From assembly GCA_964016885.1 (NCBI GenBank), contig OZ024744.1, forward strand, positions 133,548,001-133,612,000: a stretch of DNA of 64,000 bases, in the 5' to 3' direction. Both the position numbers and the translations under genes were made by a program. This DNA comes from Eledone cirrhosa. Its lineage: Eukaryota. Under the pieces are notes generated by a model. The model had not been told where the DNA came from, made no database searches, and saw only the letters and a list, made by a program, of their open reading frames with translations. Below are positions 22,039 to 33,700 of this stretch, in pieces; the stretch's first letter is position 1; the number at the start of each line of letters is the position of its first letter.

Positions 22039-25000
22039 TAAGTCGGGGTTAAGTTAAGTTGGCGTTAAGTTAAGTTAGGCTTAACTTAAGTTGGGGTTCA
22101 GTTAAGTTGGGGGTAAGTTAAGTTGGGGGTAAGTTAAGTTGGGGTTAAGTTAAGTTGCGGTTAAGTTGGGGTTAAGTTAAGTTAGGGTTAAGTAAAGTTG
22201 GGGTTGAGTTAAGTTGGGGTTAATTAAGTGGTGGTTATGTTAAGTTGGGGTTAAGTTAAGATGGGGTTAATTTAAATTGGGGTTAAGTTAACTTTGTGGT
22301 TAAGTTAAGTTGGGGTTAAGTTAAGTTGGGGTTAAGTTGGGGTTGAGTTAAGTTGGGGTTGAGTGAAGTTGGGGTTAAGTTAAGTTGGGGTTAAGTTAAG
22401 TTGGGGTTAAGTTAAGTCGGGGTTAAGTTAAGTTGTGGTTGAGTTAAGTTGGGGTTAATTTAAGTTGGGGCTAAGTTAATTTGTGGTTAAGTTAAGTTGG
22501 GGTTAAGTTAAGTTGGGGTTAAGTTAAGTTGGGGTTGAGTTAAGTTGGGGTTGAGTTAATTTGGGGTTAAGTTAAGTTGGGGTTAAGTTAAGTTGGGTTT
22601 AAGTTAAGTTGGGGTTAAATTAAGTTGGGGTTAAATTAAGTTGGGGGTAAGTTAAGTTGGGGGTAAGTTAAGTTGGGGGCAAGTTAAGTTGGGGTTAATT
22701 TAAGTTGGGGTTAAATTAAGTTGGGGTTACGTTAAGTTGGTGTTAAGTTAAGTTGGGGTTAATTTAAGTTGGGGTTAATTAAGTTGGGGTTAAGTTAAGT
22801 TGGGGTTAAGTTAAGTTGGGGTTAATTTAAGATGGGGTTGAGTTAAGTTGGGGTTAAGTTAAGTTGGGGTTTATATTAAGTTGGGACTAAGTTAAGTTGG
22901 GGTTCAGTTAAGTTGGGGATAAGTTAAGTTGGGGTTAAGTTAAGTTGGGGTTAAGTTAAGGTGGGGTTAAGTTAAGTTGGTGTTAAGTTAAGTTGGGGCT
23001 AAGTTAAGTTGGGGCTGAGTTAAGTTGGGGCTGAGTTAAGTTGGGGTTAAGTTAAGTTGGGGTTGAGTTAAGTTGGGGTTAAGTTAAGTTGGGGTCAAGT
23101 TAAGTTGGGGTTAAGTTGGGGTTAAGTCAAGTTGGGGTTAAGTTAAGTTGGGGTTAAGTTAATTTGTGGTTAAGTTAAGTTGGGGTTAAGTTAAGTTGGG
23201 GTTAAGTTAAGTTGGGGTTAAGTTAAGTCGGGGTTAAGTTAAGTTGGGGTTAAGTTAAGTTGGGGTTAATTTAAGTTGGGGTTAAGTTAAGTTGGGGTTA
23301 AGTTAAGATGGGGTTAAGTTAAGTTGGGGTTAAGTTAAGTTGAGGTTAAGTTAAGTTTGGGTTAAATTAAGTTGGGGTTAAGTTAAGTTGGGGTTAAGTT
23401 AAGTTGGGGTTAAGTTAAGTTGGGGATAAGTTAAGTTGGGGATAATTTAAGTTGGGGTTAAGTTAAGTTGGGTTTAAGTTAAGTTGGGGTTAAGTTAAGT
23501 TGGGGTTAAGTTAAGTTGGGGTTAAGTTAAGTTGGGGTTACGTTAAGTTGGGGTTAAGTTAAGTTGGGGCTAAGTTAAGTTGGGGCTGAGTTAAGTTGGG
23601 GTTAAGTTAAGTTGGGGTTAAGTTAAGTTGGGGTTAAGTTAAGTTGGGGTTTATTTAAGTTGGGGTTAAGTTAAGTTGGTGTTCAGTTAAGTTGGGGTTA
23701 AGTTAAGTTGGGGTTAAGATGGGGTTAAATTAAGTTGGGGTTAAGTTAAGTTGGGGTTAAGTTAAGTTGGGGATAAGTTAAGTTGGGGTTAAGTTAAGTT
23801 GGGGTTAAGTTAAGTTGGGGTTAAGTTAAGTTGGTGTTAAGTTAAGTTGGGGCTAAGTTAAGTTGGGGCTGAGTTAAGTTGGGGCTGAGTGAAGTTGGGG
23901 TTAAGTTAAGTTGGGGTTGAGTTAAGTTGGGGTTAAGTTAAGTTGGGGTCAAGTTAAGTTGGGGTTAAGTTAAGTTGGGGTTAAGTTAAGTTGGGGTTAA
24001 GTTAAGTTGGGGTTAATTTAAGTTGGGGTTAAGTTAAGTTGGGGCTAATTTAAGTTGGGGTTAAGTTAAGTTGGGGTTAAGGTAAGTTGGGGTTAAGTTA
24101 AGTTGAGGTTAAGTTAAGTTGGGGTTAAATTAAGTTGGGGTTAAGTTAAGTTGGGGTTAAGTTAAGTTGGGGTTAAGTTAAGTTGGGGATAAGTTAAGTT
24201 GGGGATAATTTAAGTTGGGGTTAAGTTAAGTTGGGTTTAAGTTAAGTTGGGGTTAAGTTAAGTTGGGGATAAGTTAAGTTGGGGTTAAGTTAAGTTGGGG
24301 TTAAGTTAAGTTGGGGTTAAGTTAAGTTGGGGCTAAGTTAAGTTGGGGCTGAGTTAAGTTGGGGTTAAGTTAAGTTGGGGTTAAGTTAAGTTGGGGTTAA
24401 TTTAAGTTGGGGTTTATTTAAGATGGGGTTACGTTAAGTTGGTGTTAAGTTAAGTTGGGGTTAATTTAAGTTGGGGTTAATTAAGTTGGGGTTAAGTTAA
24501 GTTGGGGTTAAGTTAAGTTGGGGCTAAGTTAAGTTGGGGCTGAGTTAAGTTGGGGTTAAGTTAAGTTGGGCTTAATTTAAGTCGGGGTTAAGTTAAGTTA
24601 GGGTTCAGTTAAGTTGGGGTTAAGTTAAGTTCGGGTTGAGTTAAGTTGGGGTTGAGTTAAATTGGGGTTGAGTTAAGTTGGGGTTGAGTTAAGTTGGTGT
24701 TGAGTTAAGTTGGGGTTAAGTTAAGTTGGGTTTAAGTTGAGTTGCAGTTAAGTTAAGTTGAGGTTAAGTTAAGGTGCGGTTATGTTAAGTTGGGGTTAAG
24801 TTAAGTTGGGGCTAAGTTAAGTTGGGGCTAAGTTAAGTTGGGGCTAAGTTAAGTTGGGGTTAAGTTAAGTTGGGGTTAAGTTAAGTCGGGGTTAAGTTAA
24901 GTTGGGGTTAAGTTAAGTTGGGGTTAATTTAAGTTGGGGTTAAGTTAAGTTGGGGTTAAGTTAAGTTGGGGTTAAGTTAAGTTGGGGTTAAGTTAAGTTG

Positions 25001-25146
25001 GGGTTAAGTTAAGTTGGTTAGTTAAGTTGAGTTTAAGTTAAGTTGGGGTTAATTTAAGTTGGGGTTAAGTTATGTTGGGGTTAAGTTAAGTTGGGGTTAA
25101 GTTAAGTTGGGGTTAAGTTAAGTTGGGGTTAAGTTAAGTTGGGGTT

Positions 25147-25319
25147 AACCCCAACTTAACTTAACCCCAACTTCACTCAACCCCAACGTAACTCAACCCC
25201 AACTTAACTTAACCCCAACTTCACTCAACCCCAACTTAACTTAACCCCAACTTCACTCAACCACAACTTCCAACTTGACTTAACCCCAACTTAACTTAGC
25301 CCCAACTTAACTTAAGCCC
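25147..25319 (-). repeat. Inverted island 2 (173 bp)
   Basis: Switches at GGGGTT|AACCCC (25146/25147). Same right junction and same internal irregularity as island 1. Confidence 0.97.
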
Positions 25320-27535
25320 TAAGTCGGGGTTAAGTTAAGTTGGGGGTAAGTTAAGTTGGGGGTAAGTTAAGTTGGGGTTAAGTTAAGTTGCGGTTAAGTT
25401 GGGGTTAAGTTAAGTTAGGGTTAAGTTAAGTTGGGGTTGAGTTAAGTTGGGGTTAATTAAGTGGTGGTTATGTTAAGTTGGGGTTAAGTTAAGTTGGGGT
25501 TAATTTAAATTGGGGTTAAGTTAACTTTGTGGTTAATTTAAGTTGGGGTTAAGTTAAGTTGGGGTTAAGTTGGGGTTGAGTTAAGTTGAGGTTGAGTGAA
25601 GTTGGGGTTAAGTTAAGTTGGGGTTAAGTTAAGTTGGGGTTAAGTTAGGTCGGGGTTAAGTTAAGTTGTGGTTGAGTTAAGTTGGGGTTAATTTAAGTTG
25701 CGGCTAAGTTAATTTGTGGTTAAGTTAAGTTGGGGTTAAGTTAAGTTGGGGTTAAGTTAAGTTGGGGTTGAGTTAAGTTGGGGTTGAGTTAATTTGGGGT
25801 TAAGTTAAGTTGGGGTTAAATTAAGTTGGGGTTAAATTAAGTTGGGGTTAAGTTACGTTGGGGGTAAGTTAAGTTGGGGGCAAGTTAAGTTGGGGTTAAT
25901 TTAAGTTGGGGTTAAATTAAGTTGGGGTTACGTTAAGTTGGTGTTAAGTTAAGTTGGGGTTAATTTAAGTTGGGGTTAATTAAGTTGGGGTTAAGTTAAG
26001 TTGGGGTTAAGTTAAGTTGGGGTTAATTTAAGTTGGGGTTGAGTTAAGTTGGGGTTAAGTTAAGTTGGGGTTATATTAAGTTGGGGTTAAGTTAAGTTGG
26101 GGTTCAGTTAAGTTGGGGATAAGTTAAGTTGGGGTTAAGTTAAGTTGGGGTTAAGTTAAGGTGGGGTTAAGTTAAGTTGGTGTTAAGTTAAGTTGGGGCT
26201 AAGTTAAGTTGGGGCTGAGTTAAGTTGGGGCTGAGTTAAGTTGGGGTTAAGTTAAGTTGGGGTTGAGTTAAGTTGGGGTTAAGTTAAGTTGGGGTCAAGT
26301 TAAGTTGGGGTTAAGTTGGGGTTAAGTTAAGTTGGGGTTAAGTTAAGTTGGGGTTAAGTTAAGTCGGGGTTAAGTTAAGTTGGGGTTAAGTTAAGTTGGG
26401 GTTAATTTAAGTTGGGGTTAAGTTAAGTTGGGGTTAAGTTAAGTTGGGGTTAAGTTAAGATGGGGTTAAGTTAAGTTGGGGTTAAGTTAAGTTGAGGTTA
26501 AGTTAAGTTGGGGTTAAATTAAGTTGGGGTTAAGTTAAGTTGGGGTTAAGTTAAGTTGGGGTTAAGTTAAGTTGGGGATAAGTTAAGTTGGGGATAATTT
26601 AAGTTGGGGTTAAGTTAAGTTGGGTTTAAGTTAAATTGGGGTTAAGTTAAGTTGGGGTTAAGTTAAGTTGGGGTTAAGTTAAGTTGGGGTTAAGTTAAGT
26701 TGGGGTTAAGTTAAGTTGGGGCTAAGTTAAGTTGGGGCTGAGTTAAGTTGGGGTTAAGTTAAGTTGGGGTTAAGTTAAGTTGGGGTTAATTTAAGTTGGG
26801 GTTTATTTAAGATGGGGTTACGTTAAGTTGGTGTTAAGTTAAGTTGGGGTTAATTTAAGTTGGGGTTAATTAAGTTGGGGTTAAGTTAAGTTGGGGTTAA
26901 GTTAAGTTGGGGCTAAGTTAAGTTGGGGCTGAGTTAAGTTGGGGTTAAGTTAAGTTGGGCTTAATTTAAGTCGGGGTTAAGTTAAGTTAGGGTTCAGTTA
27001 AGTTGGGGTTAAGTTAAGTTCGGGTTGAGTTAAGTTGGGGTTGAGTTAAATTGGGGTTGAGTTAAGTTGGGGTTGAGTTAAGTTGGTGTTGAGTTAAGTT
27101 GGGGTTAAGTTAAGTTGGGGTTAAGTTGAGTTGCAGTTAAGTTAAGTTGAGGTTAAGTTAAGGTGCGGTTATGTTAAGTTGGGGTTAAGTTAAGTTGGGG
27201 CTAAGTTAAGTTGGGGCTAAGTTAAGTTGGGGCTAAGTTAAGTTGGGGTTAAGTTAAGTTGGGGTTAAGTTAAGTCGGGGTTAAGTTAAGTTGGGGTTAA
27301 GTTAAGTTGGGGTTAATTTAAGTTGGGGTTAAGTTAAGTTGGGGTTAAGTTAAGTTGGGGTTAAGTTAAGTTGGGGTTAAGTTAAGTTGGGGTTAAGTTA
27401 AGTTGGTTAGTTAAGTTGAGTTTAAGTTAAGTTGGGGTTAATTTAAGTTGGGGTTAAGTTATGTTGGGGTTAAGTTAAGTTGGGGTTAAGTTAAGTTGGG
27501 GTTAAGTTAAGTTGGGGTTAAGTTAAGTTGGGGTT

Positions 27536-27708
27536 AACCCCAACTTAACTTAACCCCAACTTCACTCAACCCCAACGTAACTCAACCCCAACTTAACTTA
27601 ACCCCAACTTCACTCAACCCCAACTTAAGTTAACCCCAACTTCACTCAACCACAACTTCCAACTTGACTTAACCCCAACTTAACTTAGCCCCAACTTAAC
27701 TTAAGCCC
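27536..27708 (-). repeat. Inverted island 3 (173 bp)
   Basis: Switches at GGGGTT|AACCCC (27535/27536). Nearly identical to island 2, sharing the AACCAC variant, and lies 2389 bp downstream of it. Confidence 0.97.
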
Positions 27709-30700
27709 TAAGTCGGGGTTAAGTTAAGTTGGGGGTAAGTTAAGTTGGGGGTAAGTTAAGTTGGGGTTAAGTTAAGTTGCGGTTAAGTTGGGGTTAAGTT
27801 AAGTTAGGGTTAAGTTAAGTTGGGGTTGAGTTAAGTTGGGGTTAATTAAGTGGTGGTTATGTTAAGTTGGGGTTAAGTTAAGTTGGGGTTAATTTAAATT
27901 GGGGTTAAGTTAACTTTGTGGTTAATTTAAGTTGGGGTTAAGTTAAGTTGGGGTTAAGTTGGGGTTGAGTTAAGTTGAGGTTGAGTGAAGTTGGGGTTAA
28001 GTTAAGTTGGGGTTAAGTTAAGTTGGGGTTAAGTTAGGTCGGGGTTAAGTTAAGTTGTGGTTGAGTTAAGTTGGGGTTAATTTAAGTTGGGGTTAATTAA
28101 GTTGGGGTTAAGTTAAGTTGGGGTTAAGTTAAGTTGGGGTTAATTTAAGTTGGGGTTGAGTTAAGTTGGGGTTAAGTTAAGTTGGGGTTATATTAAGTTG
28201 GGGTTAAGTTAAGTTGGGGTTCAGTTAAGTTGGGGATAAGTTAAGTTGGGGTTAAGTTAAGTTGGGGTTAAGTTAAGGTGGGGTTAAGTTAAGTTGGTGT
28301 TAAGTTAAGTTGGGGCTAAGTTAAGTTGGGGCTGAGTTAAGTTGGGGCTGAGTTAAGTTGGGGTTAAGTTAAGTTGGGGTTGAGTTAAGTTGGGGTTAAG
28401 TTAAGTTGGGGTCAAGTTAAGTTGGGGTTAAGTTGGGGTTAAGTTAAGTTGGGGTTAAGTTAAGTTGGGGTTAAGTTAAGTCGGGGTTAAGTTAAGTTGG
28501 GGTTAAGTTAAGTTGGGGTTAATTTAAGTTGGGGTTAAGTTAAGTTGGGGTTAAGTTAAGTTGGGGTTAAGTTAAGATGGGGTTAAGTTAAGTTGGGGTT
28601 AAGTTAAGTTGAGGTTAAGTTAAGTTGGGGTTAAATTAAGTTGGGGTTAAGTTAAGTTGGGGTTAAGTTAAGTTGGGGTTAAGTTAAGTTGGGGATAAGT
28701 TAAGTTGGGGATAATTTAAGTTGGGGTTAAGTTAAGTTGGGTTTAAGTTAAATTGGGGTTAAGTTAAGTTGGGGTTAAGTTAAGTTGGGGTTAAGTTAAG
28801 TTGGGGTTAAGTTAAGTTGGGGTTAAGTTAAGTTGGGGCTAAGTTAAGTTGGGGCTGAGTTAAGTTGGGGTTAAGTTAAGTTGGGGTTAAGTTAAGTTGG
28901 GGTTAAGTTAAGTTGGGGTTTATTTAAGTTGGGGTTAATTTAAGTTGGGGTTCAGTTAAGTTGGGGTTAAGTTAAGTTGGGGTTAAGATGGGGTTAAATT
29001 AAGTTGGGGTTAAGTTAAGTTGGGGTTAAGTTAAGTTGGGGTTAAGTTAAGTTGGGGTTAAGTTAAGTCGGGGTTAAGTTAAGTCGGGGTTAAGTTAAGT
29101 TAGGGTTCAGTTAAGTTGGGGTTAAGTTAAGTTGGGGTTGAGTTAAGTTGGGGTTGAGTTAAATTGGGGTTGAGTTAAGTTGGGGTTGAGTTAAGTTGGT
29201 GTTGAGTTAAGTTGGGGTTAAGTTAAGTTGGGGTTAAGTTAAGTTGGGGTTAATTTAAGTTGGGGTTCAGTTAAGTTGGGGTTCAGTTAAGTTGGGGATA
29301 AGTTAAGTTGGGGTTAAGTTAAGTTGGGGTTAAGTTAAGTTGGGGTTAAGTTAAGTTGGGGCTAAGTTAAGTTGGGGCTGAGTTAAGTTGGGGCTGAGTT
29401 AAGTTGGGGTTAAGTTAAGTTGGGGTTGAGTTAAGTTGGGGTTAAGTTAAGTTGGGGTCAAGTTAAGTTGGGGTTAAGTTGGGGTTAAGTTAAGTTAGGT
29501 TTAAGTTAAGTTGGGGTTAAGTTAAGTTGGGGTTACGTTAAGTTGGTGTTAAGTTAAGTTGGGGTTAATTTAAGTTGGGGTTAATTAAGTTGGGGTTAAG
29601 TTAAGTTGGGGTTAAGTTAAGTTGGGGTTAATTTAAGTTGGGGTTGAGTTAAGTTGGGGTTAAGTTAAGTTGGGGTTATATTAAGTTGGGGTTAAGTTAA
29701 GTTGGGGTTCAGTTAAGTTGGGGATAAGTTAAGTTGGGGTTAAGTTAAGTTGGGGTTAAGTTAAGTTGGGGTTAAGTTAAGTTGGTGTTAAGTTAAGTTG
29801 GGGCTAAGTTAAGTTGGGGCTGAGTTAAGTTGGGGCTGAGTTAAGTTGGGGTTAAGTTAAGTTGGGGTTGAGTTAAATTGGGGTTAAGTTAAGTTGGGGT
29901 TAAGTTGGGGTTAAGTTAAGTTGGTGTTAAGTTAAGTTGGGGCTAAGTTAAGTTGGGGCTGAGTTAAGTTGGGGCTGAGTGAAGTTGGGGTTAAGTTAAG
30001 TTGGGGTTGAGTTAAGTTGGGGTTAAGTTAAGTTGGGGTCAAGTTAAGTTGGGGTTAAGTTGGGGTTAAGTTAAGTTAGGTTTAAGTTAAGTTGGGTTTA
30101 AGTTAAGTTGGGGTTAAGTTAAGTTGGGGTTAAGTTAAGTTGGGGTTAAGTTAAGTTGGGGTTAAGTTAATTTGTGGTTAAGTTAAGTTGGGGTTAAGTT
30201 AAGTTGGGGTTAAGTTAAGTTGGGGTTAATTTAAGTCGGGGTTAAGTTAAGTTGGGGTTAAGTTAAGTTGGGGTTAATTTAAGTTGGGGTTAAGTTAAGT
30301 TGGGGCTAATTTAAGTTGGGGTTAAGTTAAGTTGGGGTTAAGTTAAGTTGGGGTTAAGTTAAGTTGAGGTTAAGTTAAGTTGGGGTTAAATTAAGTTGGG
30401 GTTAAGTTAAGTTGGGGTTAAGTTAAGTTGGGGTTAAGTTAAGTTGGGGATAAGTTAAGTTGGGGATAGTTTAAGTTGGGGTTAAGTTAAGTTGGGTTTA
30501 AGTTAAGTTGGGGTTAAGTTAAGTTGGGGATAAGTTAAGTTGGGGTTAAGTTAAGTTGGGGTTAAGTTAAGTTGGGGTTAAGTTAAGTTGGGGCTAAGTT
30601 AAGTTGGGGCTGAGTTAAGTTGGGGTTAAGTTAAGTTGGGGTTAAGTTAAGTTGGGGTTAATTTAAGTTGGGGTTTATTTAAGATGGGGTTACGTTAAGT

Positions 30701-33700
30701 TGGTATTAAGTTAAGTTGGGGTTAATTTAAGTTGGGGTTAATTAAGTTGGGGTTAAGTTAAGTTGGGGTTAAGTTAAGTTAGGGCTAAGTTAAGTTGGGG
30801 CTGAGTTAAGTTGGGGTTAAGTTAAGTTGGGCTTAATTTAAGTCGGGGTTAAGTTAAGTTAGGGTTCAGTTAAGTTGGGGTTAAGTTAAGTTGGGGTTGA
30901 GTTAACTTGGGGTTGAGTTAAGTTGGGGCTGCGTTAAGTTGGGGCTGAGTTAAGTTGGGGTTAAGTTAAGTTGGGGTTGAGTTAAGTTGGGGTTAAGTTA
31001 AGTTGGGGTCAAGTTAAGTTGGGGTTAAGTTGGGGTTAAGTTAAGTTGGGGTTAAGTTAAGTTGGGGTTAAGTTAAGTCGGGGTTAAGTTAAGTTGGGGT
31101 TAAGTTAAGTTGGGGTTAATTTAAGTTGGGGTTAAGTTAAGTTGGGGTTAAGTTAAGTTGGGGTTAAGTTAAGATGGGGTTAAGTTAAGTTGGGGTTAAG
31201 TTAAGTTGAGGTTAAGTTAAGTTGGGGTTAAATTAAGTTGGGGTTAAGTTAAGTTGGGGTTAAGTTAAGTTGGGGTTAAGTTAAGTTGGGGATAAGTTAA
31301 GTTGGGGATAATTTAAGTTGGGGTTAAGTTAAGTTGGGTTTAAGTTAAATTGGGGTTAAGTTAAGTTGGGGTTAAGTTAAGTTGGGGTTAAGTTAAGTTG
31401 GGGTTAAGTTAAGTTGGGGTTAAGTTAAGTTGGGGCTAAGTTAAGTTGGGGCTGAGTTAAGTTGGGGTTAAGTTAAGTTGGGGTTAAGTTAAGTTGGGGT
31501 TAAGTTAAGTTGGGGTTTATTTAAGTTGGGGTTAATTTAAGTTGGGGTTCAGTTAAGTTGGGGTTAAGTTAAGTTGGGGTTAAGATGGGGTTAAATTAAG
31601 TTGGGGTTAAGTTAAGTTGGGGTTAAGTTAAGTTGGGGTTAAGTTAAGTTGGGGTTAAGTTAAGTCGGGGTTAAGTTAAGTCGGGGTTAAGTTAAGTTAG
31701 GGTTCAGTTAAGTTGGGGTTAAGTTAAGTTGGGGTTGAGTTAAGTTGGGGTTGAGTTAAATTGGGGTTGAGTTAAGTTGGGGTTGAGTTAAGTTGGTGTT
31801 GAGTTAAGTTGGGGTTAAGTTAAGTTGGGGTTAAGTTAAGTTGGGGTTAATTTAAGTTGGGGTTCAGTTAAGTTGGGGTTCAGTTAAGTTGGGGATAAGT
31901 TAAGTTGGGGTTAAGTTAAGTTGGGGTTAAGTTAAGTTGGGGTTAAGTTAAGTTGGTGTTAAGTTAAGTTGGGGCTAAGTTAAGTTGGGGCTGAGTTAAG
32001 TTGGGGCTGAGTTAAGTTGGGGTTAAGTTAAGTTGGGGTTGAGTTAAGTTGGGGTTAAGTTAAGTTGGGGTCAAGTTAAGTTGGGGTTAAGTTGGGGTTA
32101 AGTTAAGTTAGGTTTAAGTTAAGTTGGGGTTAAGTTAAGTTGGGGTTACGTTAAGTTGGTGTTAAGTTAAGTTGGGGTTAATTTAAGTTGGGGTTAATTA
32201 AGTTGGGGTTAAGTTAAGTTGGGGTTAAGTTAAGTTGGGGTTAATTTAAGTTGGGGTTGAGTTAAGTTGGGGTTAAGTTAAGTTGGGGTTATATTAAGTT
32301 GGGGTTAAGTTAAGTTGGGGTTCAGTTAAGTTGGGGATAAGTTAAGTTGGGGTTAAGTTAAGTTGGGGTTAAGTTAAGTTGGGGTTAAGTTAAGTTGGTG
32401 TTAAGTTAAGTTGGGGCTAAGTTAAGTTGGGGCTGAGTTAAGTTGGGGCTGAGTTAAGTTGGGGTTAAGTTAAGTTGGGGTTGAGTTAAGTTGGGGTTAA
32501 GTTAAGTTGGGGTTAAGTTGGGGTTAAGTTAAGTTGGTGTTAAGTTAAGTTGGGGCTAAGTTAAGTTGGGGCTGAGTTAAGTTGGGGCTGAGTGAAGTTG
32601 GGGTTAAGTTAAGTTGGGGTTGAGTTAAGTTGGGGTTAAGTTAAGTTGGGGTCAAGTTAAGTTGGGGTTAAGTTGGGGTTAAGTTAAGTTAGGTTTAAGT
32701 TAAGTTGGGGTTAAGTTAAGTTGGGGTTAAGTTAAGTTGGGGTTAAGTTAAGTTGGGGTTAAGTTAAGTTGGGGTTAAGTTAATTTGTGGTTAAGTTAAG
32801 TTGGGGTTAAGTTAAGTTGGGGTTAAGTTAAGTTGGGGTTAATTTAAGTCGGGGTTAAGTTAAGTTGGGGTTAAGTTAAGTTGGGGTTAATTTAAGTTGG
32901 GGTTAAGTTAAGTTGGGGCTAATTTAAGTTGGGGTTAAGTTAAGTTGGGGTTAAGTTAAGTTGGTGTTAAGTTAAGTTGAGGTTAAGTTAAGTTGGGGTT
33001 AAATTAAGTTGGGGTTAAGTTAAGTTGGGGTTAAGTTAAGTTGGGGTTGAGTTAAGTTGGGGCTAAGTTAAGTTGGGGCTGAGTTAAGTTGGGGCTGTGT
33101 TAAGTTGGGGTTAAGTTAAGTTGGGGTTGAGTTAAGTTGGGGTTAAGTTAAGTTGGGGTCAAGTTAAGTTGGGGTTAAGTTGGGGTTAAGTTAAGTTGGG
33201 GTTAAGTTAAGTCGGGGTTAAGTTAAGTTGGGGTTAAGTTAAGTTGGGGTTAAGTTAAGTTGGGGTTAATTTAAGTCGGGGTTAAGTTAAGTTGGGGTTA
33301 AGTTAAGTTGGGGTTAATTTAAGTTGGGGTTAAGTTAAGTTGGGGCTAATTTAAGTTGGGGTTAAGTTAAGTTGGGGTTAAGTTAAGTTGGGGTTAAGTT
33401 AAGTTGAGGTTAAGTTAAGTTGGGGTTAAATTAAGTTGGGGTTAAGTTAAGTTGGGGTTAAGTTAAGTTGGGGTTAAGTTAAGTTGGGGATAAGTTAAGT
33501 TGGGGATAGTTTAAGTTGGGGTTAAGTTAAGTTGGGTTTAAGTTAAGTTGGGGTTAAGTTAAGTTGGGGATAAGTTAAGTTGGGGTTAAGTTAAGTTGGG
33601 GTTAAGTTAAGTTGGGGTTAAGTTAAGTTGGGGCTAAGTTAAGTTGGGGCTGAGTTAAGTTGGGGTTAAGTTAAGTTGGGGTTAAGTTAAGTTGGGGTTA

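Larger units (their letters stand above)
24400..28900 (+). repeat. 2389-bp tandem duplication carrying inverted islands 2 and 3; the second copy lacks 272 bp
   Basis: AGATGGGGTTACG at 24421 and 26810, TTCGGG at 24632 and 27021, islands at 25147 and 27536 (all offset 2389). The later marker AAGGTGGGG at 26161 and 28278 has offset 2117. Confidence 0.85.

Noticed and set aside
21866-27708. Inverted islands as MITEs, transposon terminal inverted repeats or terminators
   Set aside because: They consist only of reverse-complemented monomer, with no unique internal sequence, target-site duplication or gene context.
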